Shown: positions 1 through 50,290 of the stretch, piece after piece | How positions within the stretch are numbered: the stretch's first letter is position 1 | Layout of the letters: each line of letters opens with the position of its first letter | NCBI GenBank assembly: GCA_963693365.1 | Contig: CAVNZM010000012.1 | Span: forward strand, 7,630,001-7,694,000 | DNA length: 64,000 nt | Reading direction: 5' to 3' | Source: Amoebidium appalachense | Lineage: Eukaryota; Protista; Ichthyosporea | The notes under the pieces: model-generated | Told to the model about the DNA's origin: nothing | Databases searched by the model: none | Seen by the model: the letters and a program-made list of their open reading frames with translations, nothing else | Translations under genes and position numbers: made by a program

Positions 1-1737
1 AACTCTTCTAGCCTGTGTAGTTTCTTTCTTCTTTGGCCACGGCCCATTTTTGTGGGTGATGAATGTTTTCGCCTACCAAATACCAAGTTTTCCTGGTGTT
101 GATTTGCTACGAAGCACACCACCTTTGCAAAACACAATAACAACGCTAACACAATTACCACACACAGTTCAGTCACCATTCCAATCGGGTGTGAGTAGGA
201 GCACAGACCCTGCTTCTGTCACCACACCACCCTTTTCTGAAACAACAATTTTCACACGCACGACACCACCACCACCACCACCAACCAAAGCACCATCACA
301 ACCCGGTGTTTACTCTCAGACGGTGCCAGCGCAAAACACATCCACACCAACAACAAAACTGGGTTCCTCCTCCGTTTCGAGTAAACAGAGCAAATATGCC
401 ATCACTATTTCCACTACTATTCCACACTCTCCATCCCAACTACCACCTCCGAATGATACCTCGACTGACGGAAGGGTCGAGATATCCAAGGAAAATTCCG
501 TTTATGGAAAATCTACGTGCCGATATTTGTATGGGACAGGTGAAAATATCTGCAATATGATTGATCGTGTGGGTAAGATCGCTTTAGCTACAAATACATC
601 TGGGGCGAGCGAATACAACAAGGGTGAATGGGTGCGAAATTGCAATGCGGAAATCCTATCCCGCGTATATCCAAATAACACGGTCAGCCCGGTTGAAGCA
701 TGGAGATATGCATACAATATATCCAGAAACGAAACTCGGTATGCGCTTTTCACTGAGGGAGGGGTAAGATATCATTTCCCATGTTTCAATGAGAGCGACA
801 AGACGCGATCTGCGCAAAAGGCCGACACGTTGAATTTCTATTGGCAGCCGGATTCGTGCGGGCTTCATTCATTTGACGCTCAAAACATGCAAAGAATATT
901 TGCAAACCACAACATTTTGTTTGTGGGTGATTCACTTTTGGGCCAACTAGCACGCAGTATCCGCGAACTTTCGGGCCTGTCTGAGTATATCGAAAGGCCG
1001 AATATCAACAGTGCGGGGGGATCCTTTATCGCCAAACGTGGAGATTCGACGATGCGATTCATCAAATCGTTCACTCTCATAAACCACAGAAATCTGCAAG
1101 TCATGCCCCCAGACATCTACGAGTTATGCGCGAGCAAGGAACCAAGGCTGTTGCGAGATTTTCCCGGGGGGGGAACCAAACGGAAATTGAAGCGGAAAAT
1201 GGTCGAATCAGGCAGCTTCAAAAGCGAAGGAATGATTACTGCCCACCACGGCACGACCACAAGCATTTATTGAGCCACGCCAGCTGGGCGCGAAATTTGA
1301 CCGGGGTCGATGTGTTAATTTTCAACACCGGGCACCATTGGAACAGGGAGGGGTTTGATAACTACAAGAAGATGGTGCATAATGTTGTGAAATATCTCGC
1401 TGAAAATTTCAGCGGGAAAGTGGTTTTTATGTCAACCAGCCCCGGCCATGTAGAGTGTATGAAGTATAGGGAGCCAACTGCGAAACCAATACCAAACCCT
1501 TCTCTTTTGGATGTATACCATTGGGAGGGACCGAAGGAGCACGAGAGCATATGGGGTCGTGAATTTGCACAGACCCCGCTTGTGTCAAATTTCACGTATT
1601 TTCATGTTGACGGTATGAGTTTGCTTAGGCCGGATGGTCACCCGACGGAACAAGACTGTTTGCATTATTGTGTCCCGGGGGTGCCTGACACGTGGTCACA
1701 GGCACTGTATAATTTGCTGTTGCAGTTTTTGGCATGA
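1..1737 (+). CDS. TBL/PC-esterase (trichome-birefringence-like, GDS/DxxH) O-acetyltransferase; 5'-partial, with one frameshift near 1166-1173
   Basis: The frame is open from base 2 (hydrophobic TLLACVVSFFFG). It continues through an S/T/P-rich stem, then YWQPDSCGLHSFD and FVGDSL (GDS motif). A second frame, 1126-1737, carries DVLIFNTGHHW and RPDGHP..DCLHYCVPGVPDTW (DxxH motif). The frames can be joined at the G8 run at 1166-1173. No introns are needed. Confidence 0.88.
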
Positions 1738-1998
1738 TTTAGCGTGAGTCTTCGAACTCAGTAAAACTTTGCGGTGATGATTAGATTAGTTCAGTGTATG
1801 CATTATATGAATTCCCGGCCTATCTATATTAGCATGTAACCACTGAATTTAGTTACGGGTATTAGTGGCCAGTACGGCATGATAGTGTATTAGTTGGGGC
1901 TGTGCAAAATTTAATAGTATTGATCACTGTTCTCGTATAGAGGGCGCGAAAGTGTGCAATTGAAGTCACCCCATCAATCGGTCCCACCTCCCCCTCCC

Positions 1999-2037
<39 letters not shown>

Positions 2038-2513
2038 CCCCAACCCAACACACACACACACACACCACCACCACCACCTCACATACACCCCATGGACACA
2101 CATGCACACCTGCGCGGCCTACATTTACCCACCTCAAACCTACTGCGATGTCCTTGACAATACCCCCCCCCACCCACCACCACCACCACCACGTGCACCC
2201 CCCTACATGTACAAGCACACACTTAAAAAAAAAAACTAAATTAAAAAAATGAAGAAGAACAAGACGACAAGAGGAAAAAAGGACCATTCCCCACAAAACA
2301 TCTACTTGCTACTAGTCATGAGATCCTAGCAGCCCTCCTATCTTGAAGCCAGCCCCCCCCCCCCTTTCCCCCCAATCACTTAACCCTCCCTTGAGAACGG
2401 GCTCTGGTTCTTACGCAAACTCTTCATGTGTGGCCCAGTAGTTTGAACTTTGCATTGTGTTCTCCGCTATGATCGTGACTGTGTACTTGCTCCAACAACC
2501 CCCCTCCCCCCCC

Positions 2514-2544
<31 letters not shown>

Positions 2545-2938
2545 ACACATGCACACCCACCCACACACACACACACACAAAGTGTTCGTGGCTCGAGCTC
2601 TTCGTATCTCCCTTCTTGCCCGTGGCAATATAAAGTCGAGGGCATCTTAGCGGTTGATCGATATGTCCACCAATGATCACAGATCTTTCGTAAACCAATC
2701 CGACAATGTGCACTTTTCAAGTACATGTGGTTACATCACCAGGTGCATCGAGCCATGTGGCCTTTCGAGCGCCGCGGTGAACTCTCGGCCCATGGGAAGG
2801 GTGGAGTGTACGTGAGTTGGGAGCCTTGCCAGCTAATATGGTGTGTGTGTGTATGTGTGTGTGTGTGTGTGTGGGGGGGTGTGGGGGGGGGGGGGGGGGG
2901 GGGGAGGGGGGGGGAGTGTGGGGGGGGAAGGGTGAGGA

Positions 2939-2980
<42 letters not shown>

Positions 2981-3613
2981 GGTGCGCGTCTGTGTTTGCC
3001 AAACGGTGTGTTGGTACACTGTGCGCACATGTGTAGAAGAAAGTTGTGTGTCTGAATACACATGTGCTCACATGTGAGCTTGTGGTACTGACACCTAAAC
3101 ACGCCATAAAACAGAACACTCATCATTTTGGTGCTTTTATCGTGAGGGCAAGAGCTAGGTGGGCGGGAGGGCGGGGGTTGGGGCAAGAGCTAGGCGGGCG
3201 GGAGGGGTCGGAGTATACGTATACACCAGCACTGGTGCCATACGTTCCAAAGCAGTTGGTCAGCCTCTGTACACAAAACTATTTTCTTATTCTGTTGCGC
3301 TCAACACACACTGTGTCCTCTTAGGAACCGTGTCAGGCAACTAATTTGATCATTTACATCCCCCCCCCCCCCCCCCCCCCCCCCCCCCATCCCGTCCACC
3401 CCCCTCCCCCCAACCTTTGTGGGGCCGATTGCATATCTCAGGGTTTGTACATTCATAAATTTATCAAAGAGTCAATCTATCTTAAAAAATCCACCGCTTG
3501 CTCTTTACTGAACCCACATAAACTTTCAGGTATATACTTGTTGGAATATTCCAATATTCGAATATATAAAATAGTTTCGTACTATCCCATGAAATTCAAT
3601 TATAAATTCGAAT

Positions 3614-3991
3614 TTAGGATTGCATTTTGCGCAAAACCAGTGCCGTCATTGCAGCCGGCCCATCTCTGCTCATTTCTACCATTTTCTCGCACACCAGCCG
3701 CCCCTTCGATAGGTTCACCAACTGATCCCGGCGCCTGCAAGAATTAAAACCAGTGTTAAAACTTAAAATCCAAGACATATCCAATCACAATAGTGTATAC
3801 AACGAACTAACGAAGCCAGGTCACGTGCGGGTAGGATCAAGGGTTAGAGAGAGGAAGTACCCCTTCAGGGGGGAGGGAGGAGGGAGGGGGGAGGGGGATG
3901 GAAAGGAGAATAGAAGGAAGCAAACACTTGAAGATGGAGGTAGGTTTTTTTTTTTTTTTTTTGGTTTGTTAAAGGGGGAGGAGGGGGGACG

Positions 3992-4022
<31 letters not shown>

Positions 4023-4188
4023 AGGAGGCTTTTGTATATAAGAGTGTGATTGTGAGCGTGTGTGGGTACTCGAGCGCAAGAACGTGCATGTGGTAGTTTA
4101 ATTTAACTAGCACGTTCTCTTGTGCATTTATATCACATCTTATATGTGCACGAAAGCGGGCTATAGACCCTTCCCTCCCCCCTTCTCC

Positions 4189-4225
<37 letters not shown>

Positions 4226-4239
4226 CCCCCCCCCCCCCC

Positions 4240-4289
<50 letters not shown>

Positions 4290-5637
4290 CCACCCAAACA
4301 AACAAACACACACACACACACACAGCCCAAAAAAAAGAAAGAAAAAAATGAAAGGGGAAAAAAAACCCAGCAACAAAAGTGTTTGTGACTCGACGGATGG
4401 ATTTTATAGTGTGTGTTCCCAATAAAGCCGGGGATGCCCTATGCATATAAAGGAAGAGTGAGTCAGGGGGAGAGGCAGGGGGTGGGTGGGTTGGTGGGTG
4501 GATGGGTGAGGGGTTGGGGGTTGAGGGGTTGAAAGGGGGGGGGGGAGGAAGGGGTGGCCAAAAAGTTAAGGAAACGGGAAAGTTCGACTGACACGGGAAG
4601 AGGTAGGGAATTGGGTGGGTGGGTTTGAGGGGAGGGAGAATGCGAGAAAACGGAGCAGGATGGGTTGGGGAAGGGAGGGAGGGAAGGGAGGTGGGAACGC
4701 ATGAGGGAGGGGAGGGGGGGGGGGGGGGGGAGAGAGAGAGAGAGAGAGAGAGACATGCTCAATAAAAGAGTTGGGCAAAAAGGAAAAATGATGCGGAAGG
4801 AAAGCAAGACAGTAAGGAGGTATGGTAATGGAAGAAGATGGAGGGAGGGGGGAGGGGGGGGGGGGGGGGGGGGGAGGGGAGAGAAGAGAGTGGCACCACG
4901 GGATGAGAGAGAAGTGGCGGAGAGGCGGTAAAAAGGACAGATAAATAGAGAAAAGGGGAAGAAACCGAGGGCAGGGTACGAACCAAATTGCACACAGTAC
5001 ATTGCAAAATACCCTTGAACAAAACGCGCATATTGCATTGTAAAACATCCTTAAACAAATCGAACACGGTATATTGCAAAACGTGCTCAAACAAAGCGGA
5101 TGAACACAACACACCTAAAAGAAAGCGCACACAATACATCACAAAAAAAAACACACCTAAAACAAAGTGCACACAGTACAATGCAATACGTACTTTTCTA
5201 CTGGGATGCCACCAGTCACCACCAACAGTACTCCCCCGGAGTAACATACGCTTGAACAAAGCACACATATTGCATTGCATACCCAAACAAAGTGCACACA
5301 GCACGTTGCAAAACGTAATTTAACAAAGCGGAAGACATCAAAAAACAAAACACACCTAAAACACAGTGCAATAGTGCAATAAAAAACGTACTTTTCCACA
5401 GGGTTGCCACCAGTCACCACCAACAGTATCCCCCCCGGCACCAGCACCCCAAGCAGCTCCCTTACGTAAGCACACACATCCTCATCCGGGCCACAGCTAA
5501 TTGCATCCAACGTGGCTTTGTCAATTACGACATCAAAGGAGTTTGGGCCAAAAACGCTCGAGAGTTCGCGGCAGTCGGCAAGAACATAGGATACGTCGCT
5601 ACTGGAGGAAGAGGACTGGAGTGCTTGGATGCATACC

Positions 5638-5733
<96 letters not shown>

Positions 5734-5786
5734 GGGGGGAAGGAGAGAAGGGGCGGCGGCGGCGGTGGGGACGGGGGGGGGGGGGA

Positions 5787-5817
<31 letters not shown>

Positions 5818-5871
5818 GAAAGGGGGATGTTGTGTGTGCGTGTGTGTGCCCATGTATGTGTGGGGGGGAAT

Positions 5872-5946
<75 letters not shown>

Positions 5947-5972
5947 ATGTGTGTATGTGTGGGGGGAGGATG

Positions 5973-6064
<92 letters not shown>

Positions 6065-7251
6065 GTGCGTACGTGCGTGCACCTGTGTGTGTGTGTATTT
6101 CCCGGGGGGGAACATGTTGAGTGTGTTTGTGTGTGTGCGTGTGCGCGTGCATGCGCATTTTTGTGCTATTTCAAGTTCTTGTCCTTCTTTTTGTGGGGGG
6201 AGGAGGGGGGGGCGGGGCGGAGGGAAAATGTATAGACGGGTGGGAGTCAGCGAACTGGAGAAAAGGAGGAGGGGCGGGAGGATGAGGGAGGGAGGGGGAA
6301 CGATGGAGGGAGCGAGGGGCACGGGACTGGCTATGTGACTGTGTATGTATGTGAGGGTTGTGTGTTCGATGAGCATGTGTATATAGTGGTGTGCTTTAAA
6401 GAAAAGAAAATCCTTCGACCAAGAAGAGAAACTGTAACGTGGCAGACAGAAGGCAGCCACACAGGCTGCAAATAGAACTGAGGTAGTTGAGTGGAAAATA
6501 ACACTGGATTGGCAGACGGTAAACAAGTACGGTTTTAGCTTGCAGACTCTCTCAAATCTCTTGCATTTATAGACTCTCTCGAATCTCTTGCATACATTTT
6601 ATGCCAGATGTGTCAGTGTGCTTGTGTATGTGTGCCAAGGTGCTTTTGCACGTGAGACGCAGGGGAATTGAGTGCGCGCGCGCGCACGTATGTGTGTGTG
6701 TGTGCGTGGGTGTTTTTTTTTGTGTGCGTGTGTGTGTGTGTGCAGTGTGGGGGAGTGCACGAGTGTGAGTGCGAGTGTGTCTGAGTGTGCGTGAGTGAGT
6801 GAGTGAGTGTGTGTGTGAGTGTGGGTGTGCGTATATATGTATATTATTGTGTGTTATGTGTGTATATGTGCGTGTGCGTGCATGTGCTTGCCTTTATGTC
6901 CTTAAGCGCGTATGTGTTGTGCTTTTGTTTTGTGTGTGGTGCTTGTGTGTGCTGCTTGTTTTTTGTCGGGGGGGATACAAGGGTGCATGGGTATAATGCG
7001 TAAAGGACACCTACCTCGCTATAATCACAAGCGACTACTCTCGTAAATCCGTATTTGCTCACAAAATCTCTCGCGAGAGGGCTGTTCCCACATCCACAAT
7101 CAAGCAGTCTTTGTATGTTTGTAACCCCTGCCTCACTCAACAAGGGCCAGAGATGGGAGGCACGGATGTTGTACCACTCAAACGTATCATCCCATTTGGT
7201 CTTGTAGCGGTCCTCCCAGTATTCTTTCTCTTCGTAAGATGTTGCAGACAT
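3614..7251 (-). CDS. Class I SAM-dependent methyltransferase, EEF1AKMT4/METTL13 N-terminal-like, 200 aa
   Basis: Exons 7251-7015, 5636-5392 and 3734-3614 join in frame through GT-AG introns (603 nt). Motifs: [24 protein letters not shown] (motif I), [19 protein letters not shown] and LVPGG. The protein ends ...ALVLRKMQS*. Confidence 0.88.
4985..5440 (-). repeat. Degenerate tandem repeat that includes a copy of the methyltransferase exon-2 3' end and its donor site
   Basis: [15 protein letters not shown]/gtacgt at the real junction (5392) recurs as [15 protein letters not shown]/gtacgt at 5194, 198 nt further into the intron. The motifs cacacctaaaa and tattgcattg also recur. Confidence 0.8.
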
Positions 7252-8022
7252 GGTTGGTAATTGATCTCTCTGGAGGATTAAATTTGGGCACAGGTGGTAA
7301 AGAAATTGAGAAAGAAGGCTGAGTTGTGTTTTACATGCGCATGCTTTTTTGATGCACTGGAGACTCAGTGAAGTGGTGCGTGTGTTACGTAACACCTCAG
7401 TAATGGCTACTGAAAACACAAGCGAGGTCAAGTGATTCTGACAGGAGCGAGGAAAGACTGCCGAGGTGTGTGATACACGAAACCAACATAACGCTCGAGG
7501 AATAAAGCCTTTTTTGATTCCTGTGGTGCGGACAAAAAAAAAAAAAAAAAAAAGAAAGAAAGAAATAAAACAGAAATGCAGAAAGGTCTATTGCAGTCTA
7601 TTATCTAAGTCACTGCCATGCAAACAACCTATATGCCTACGTTCTGTGCACGCCTTTCCTGTCGGACCTCGCTAACTTCTTGTATGACGCCATTAAACCC
7701 ATTCCATTGGTTAATTTTAATATTGGCGGGCTTTCAACTCCAGCTGCTTGGTGTCCCAATATGAATATCCGGCAAAGGAAAGACTGACTGAACCTCAAGC
7801 AGAACGCAGCTAAATCAAAAATTTAGAAATCCCCATTCTTAGAAATATGAGCGAACACTGAAAAAGAAAGCAGTCATATTATCTTGTTGCTCTAGGTTTT
7901 TTGGAAGTTGTGCATTTAGCAGGGTGTGTCAGTGTTCCAGCACAACAACGGGAAAATGCCTTAGGAACAACTCAGTCTAAGAGCTGCCTTTAGTGTCCAA
8001 AGGTCAGAAGAGACGTGAGAGG
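7252..8022. promoter_or_regulatory. Putative bidirectional promoter between the methyltransferase and BRCA2
   Basis: About 770 bp between divergent ATGs, lacking C/G and dinucleotide tracts. Contains ATTGG/CCAAT motifs near 7706, 7722 and 7756 and an E2F-like TTGGCGGG at 7723-7730. Confidence 0.5.
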
Positions 8023-45143
<37,121 letters not shown>

Positions 45144-45532
45144 ACACTAAACAATGAAACCAGTGTGATATATGGGGTTTACGCTGTTTACTCGAGGCAA
45201 AGAGATACCAGTCTCAGGTATGGGGGGTTTTTACTCCTCGGCGGTATATCATGATCAAGTACAGAGATGTCGGGTGATGATTATATATCAGGGTTTTCTT
45301 ACTCTATGAAGTACCATATAGACTAAGCAGAAAAATAAATCAATTGGTTGATATATAATTTATGTTATGAATGAGATTTAAGCGTAGAATGTGTATAGTG
45401 TGGTTACTTTTGCCGCTTGACAGTTCTTTGAGAATGAAAGAGTTAGTGGGTGAAGGTACATTTTACGTATCATTGAGGTGTATTATATTCATTTGATAGG
45501 TTTAAGGCTGGTTGTAGATCACTTTCATAAAG

Positions 45533-45659
45533 GTAGTGGGTTCTCAAAGCTTGCTTTAAGCCCGATAAGTAATAAAATACAAGTGGCAGTATGTGCTGTA
45601 ATTCGCCTTTTACACACACACACACACGTGCGCGCGTGTGCGCACCCACACACCCACGT

Positions 45660-45698
<39 letters not shown>

Positions 45699-45833
45699 GC
45701 GCACACACACACACACATACGCACACACACACACACACATGCACACGCACATGTACATCCATACATGATGAGAGGGTTCCGTATGGTTTGTAATCTATAG
45801 TGTGAAAAATGACTTCGAAAGAGAACCCACTAC
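45533..45833. mobile_element. Degenerate MITE with a 13-bp TIR enclosing a CA-rich tract
   Basis: gtagtgggttctc (45533-45545) / gagaacccactac (45821-45833). Confidence 0.5.
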
Positions 45834-46065
45834 ATCAAACAATATACTTAGGCAGATACGTATGAAGGGCACCGTACCACGTTACGTAATCACACCGTGA
45901 AACAGACATAAAGGAGTTCCCGAAATTTTACAAAAAGAGCTCGACATCTAGTAGTTTTTCAACAACAATAAGGATTAAGAAGAAGAAGAAGTTGAACTGT
46001 GGGTCACGGGACCAAACACCACGAAGCTATAAGCTAACTCCGACACACCCGGCACACCGCCTGGA

Positions 46066-46208
<143 letters not shown>

Positions 46209-47268
46209 GACAGCTTCACCGGCACACCACACTATGCCCTAGGCTCATGCAAGCCAAACTCAACTTTTCCTTCAGCAACCTAATAAGCGGTCATCTTAGA
46301 AATATTGTGAAAAGGTGTGTACATCGTTTATCATTATCGGCCACAACTGTCTGCGGCTCGGCCACCCCGGCCGTAGACCGACTGACACTGGAGTGATCGG
46401 TCATAGCACAAACATGGGTTTTTGATTACTGGAGGTTATGCTTGTGAATATGCATGGCCGTTCATTTCAAGCTCTCTGGGCACGGAGCCATTTTTAGAAT
46501 ACTTTCCCCCTGCGCTACGTTTGGGATAAATTCAGCAAAGAATATGTGTTTGTGTGGGTGGGTGTACGGACATAGGTGTGGTTGGCGGGGGGGGGGGGGG
46601 GGGGGGGGGCTGGGTATGTATGGGGGGAGGGGGGGGAGGGGGGGGAGGGGGGGAGGCATGCTGTGATGTGTGTATACACGTTCGTCTGTGTGCGTGTGTA
46701 CGTGCGTGTGTGCGTGTGGGTGTGAGTGTGTGTGTGTGTGTGTGTGGTTCACGGTGGGTGTGTGGATGTGTGGGTGGGTGTATGTGTGTGCGGCGTGCGT
46801 GCGCGCGCCTGCGTGCATGCGTGTTCGCAGAATGGCTTGAACAAGTGCTATACATATTTCAGAGATTGTAATGCACGTGTACATCCGATGTGACAAGGCA
46901 AACATACATCCACGTATGTGTATTAGTGGCTGTGCACGTGCTCGGCGACACACACAAGCACACGTCTATATTGGACAGAAATCTCAAACAAGCACATTAA
47001 CAGAATGCATACACAGAGAAGTAAACACAGCCGAACTGCAATGCCATGTACACATGCCGCGGTGTACATGTACACACATGCATACTTCTGCCACACACAC
47101 GGACACACACACTGTGCTAGTGCACAAGCACAACACTAAGTTATGCGCATTCTATGAGCATGCGGACACGTCCAGAGTCACGCTAACACTCATGCGCACA
47201 TAGAAAACAACTTCGAGGTGAACTCGTGCGCGCACGCAAACCGTTACGCTAGCGCACACAGACACTGT

Positions 47269-47377
<109 letters not shown>

Positions 47378-47619
47378 ACACACACATGTACACACACACA
47401 GAGAGAGATAGCTCGAGAGAGACACACCGTCACACACACACACACATGCACACACATGCACACACACACACACACATGCACACACACACACACACACACA
47501 CAGTGACAAAAAAAAGTGCCCTCTATCCCTACATCCTTATGCACATAAACATGAACACTGCGTCACCTCAGCACATCCGTTAAGCCAAACTAGTGAGTGA
47601 TTCCCGAGGGGGAGAAAGA

Positions 47620-47667
<48 letters not shown>

Positions 47668-47853
47668 TGGGGGGGGGGGGGGGGGGGGACACCGTGACTA
47701 AAGGTTAAGCACAACTTAAGCAGAAAGCCGATGCAGAGAGCGGGGATTTAAGGGAGAGCTTAGGAGGGGGTGGGTGGGGGGGGGTGGTGCAGGGGCTGCA
47801 GGGGTTGGAGGCTCTGTGTGGAGGGGAGGGCCCGGGGGAGGGGGGGGGGGGGG

Positions 47854-47893
<40 letters not shown>

Positions 47894-48416
47894 AGAGAGG
47901 AAAAAGAATTCGACTTGAAACTTGACATCCAACTTCTTTAAACAGATATGTTTTTTATTTGTACAGCCCTGCTGAACACACATGTATTCGATTTACTGTC
48001 TGAGCCAGTCAGAGAGTAATGCCCTACACTGTTGCCTGCCATTGAAAAGAGCTACAAGTACAGAAACGGATGAAAAACTTGCATGTAATACATGATAGAT
48101 CCTTCGCCAAATGTTGAAAATTGTGTGCTTGTGTGATACTAGTCGCCTGCTACAATACACTAAAGTCTTTCAGTGTGTCTCAATATGAAAAACCACCATA
48201 CATAGAATAACCTGCTTCTGCATATATACTTTACACACCAGCTCAGATGTTTACAAAGACAGGAAGGCGAAAAATACTACTTGAGATTCCCATACACGTG
48301 AAGTCACTCATAGAAACTGGAGCTTTAAAATTTCAGTATACATACAAAGAAAAAACTGGGCATTCAATATATTAAAAACCGATCGCATATTACGCGTCAA
48401 TACATTTCACCACCAA

Positions 48417-50141
48417 TCACACAGCACCTGTGCTCGTATACTGCACCGCATCATCCACACTCGCACGTGGGCCCTTGTAGGGGCCAGTAGCCATTTTCGG
48501 GTCAAACAAAGACATGGGGTTCCGTGCAAGCCGGCCGACAAAAAGCACGCCAGAACGCGGGAGAACGTCGTGGCTTGCCGAGAGGGAGGCATTTTTGGCT
48601 ATGTGGAGTGCACGTGGGGTGTTGAAAACTGAAGAACGTGCAGGGGTGGTGACGTGTGTGGGCTTGTTGCTGTATACAGCGAGGGCACCGCGCATTCCCA
48701 CTTCGCCGATCAACCGGTACGCCGGGGCGATCCCCTCCGTGAAATTCGTGTTTTCGGACAAGTCCTCCCCGATCCACTCCTCCACGAGAAACACACTGGG
48801 GTCTTTCTTGTCACCCATCTCCTTCAATTCCTCTGCACGGGGGTCCACAACCGCACCGCACTCACCACGCACAAAATGCATCCACGCCGCCGCGACAAAC
48901 ATGAGATGCTTCACCTGTGTCGTGTTGTCCTGGTTGCCGCTGATTTCAAACACATCACGCACGGCAGAGAGAAGGCGCGCATTAAGTTTCTTACTAACGT
49001 CGCGGGTGAGGCGCAGATGTTCATCTTTGATTGCTGGGTTAGCCAGACGCTCATGCAGGCGTGTTGTGTAGCTGCGGAAGTCAATCTCGGGGCAATGTTC
49101 GGCGAGAGACGCGGCCATTTCGGCGTGGAAACCGCGAAGGAAACGGCGGACGAGGGGATTTGCCATCGCCTCATGCACGTGCTTAAATCCTGCCTGTGAC
49201 GCAACCAATCCCAGGGCCATGTGTGCGCCGTTGAGCATGCGCAGTTTCGTCAACTCTGCACACGATGTGTCTTTGACGATTTCCACCCCAACCAACTCAA
49301 GCGGCGGTCGCACGTTGCAGAATGAATCCTGCACCACCCACTGTGTCCACCCTGCCTCTGTCGGTACGGGGACGGCATCGTTGATTCCGTGCGCGTGCAC
49401 CGTTTCGATTAGTGACGGGGTGCACTGGGGGGCAATACGATCGACCATACTATCGGGAAAAGTGCAACGTGTAGTCAGCCAGCGGAGGAAAGGGAGGTCG
49501 CGGCACTGCAGGCGGGCAAGATCCAAAACCACCGCACGCAGAGTGTGTCCGTTTCCGGGCATGTTGTCGCACGAAAGAGTGGTGAAGGGCTTGTTTCCGG
49601 CCTTGTAGCGGCGGTAGAGGGCCTCGACAATGAAGCCAGGGGCTGTCTTTGGTGTGTTGGGGTGGTCCATGTCGTGCTTGACAGATGGGTCGTTCGTGTC
49701 GATGCGTTTGCCGTCAGAGGGGCTCAGGTGGTACCCCTTTTGCGTAACTGTAAGAGTGACGATGGTCGTGTCGGGCGAGGTGAGCTCGCCGAAGGTTGCA
49801 CCGGACTGTGTGGGTGCGTGTAGGGCAGAAACCACCGAACCGACAACGTGAAACTCCTCCCCCTTGGGTCCCTGTTCGACCAGAGTGTACAGCCCGCCCT
49901 GTGCTTGCAGTTTCTCCACGACGTCCTTTGAGCGCAGGCTCACAGCGGTAACGCCGATGCCCTTCATGCCCTTTGCGTAAAAAACCTCGTTGAGTTTGTG
50001 CACGTAGAACGCCTGGTGCGCACGGAAGAAGTGGCTGGGACCGAGGTGAACCCATGTGCGGCGGAGGATGGAACGGTCGTAGTGGGGGACGGTGACCTCT
50101 CCCTGGGACTTGCGGGCGTTGTAAAAGTGAGACATATCCAT
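48417..50141 (-). CDS. Long-chain mannitol dehydrogenase family oxidoreductase (mannitol 2-DH / fructuronate reductase-like), intronless, 574 aa
   Basis: Motifs VHLGxxxFxRAHQA, LTVTQKGY, LSCDNMPGNG, FPDSMVDRIAP, QWVVQD and KLRMLNGAH (catalytic Lys/Asn), plus a ~80-aa C-terminal tail. Confidence 0.95.
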   Translation of the reverse strand: MDMSHFYNARKSQGEVTVPHYDRSILRRTWVHLGPSHFFRAHQAFYVHKLNEVFYAKGMKGIGVTAVSLRSKDVVEKLQAQGGLYTLVEQGPKGEEFHVVGSVVSALHAPTQSGATFGELTSPDTTIVTLTVTQKGYHLSPSDGKRIDTNDPSVKHDMDHPNTPKTAPGFIVEALYRRYKAGNKPFTTLSCDNMPGNGHTLRAVVLDLARLQCRDLPFLRWLTTRCTFPDSMVDRIAPQCTPSLIETVHAHGINDAVPVPTEAGWTQWVVQDSFCNVRPPLELVGVEIVKDTSCAELTKLRMLNGAHMALGLVASQAGFKHVHEAMANPLVRRFLRGFHAEMAASLAEHCPEIDFRSYTTRLHERLANPAIKDEHLRLTRDVSKKLNARLLSAVRDVFEISGNQDNTTQVKHLMFVAAAWMHFVRGECGAVVDPRAEELKEMGDKKDPSVFLVEEWIGEDLSENTNFTEGIAPAYRLIGEVGMRGALAVYSNKPTHVTTPARSSVFNTPRALHIAKNASLSASHDVLPRSGVLFVGRLARNPMSLFDPKMATGPYKGPRASVDDAVQYTSTGAV

Positions 50142-50290
50142 CTTGGCTGGTAGTTTTGCTGTTATGGTAGTAGTAGTAGTGATATAGATAACTATGGAGT
50201 TTCGACGTGTCAGAAATGGGTATTGTGTGATTGCTTTGCGGTTTGCTTCGCTTGAGAGTCTAGTAGATGGCAGAGGTGTTTTTGTTGACG

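Noticed and set aside
2580-2835. Complex sequence island between the TBL and methyltransferase genes
   Set aside because: The longer frames are interrupted by stops and show no recognisable motif. The methyltransferase already terminates at 3614, so this is likely UTR or intergenic DNA.
48514-50055. ORFs antisense to or overlapping the mannitol dehydrogenase (similar ones overlap the BRCA2 large exon)
   Set aside because: They are shadows of GC-rich coding sequence.
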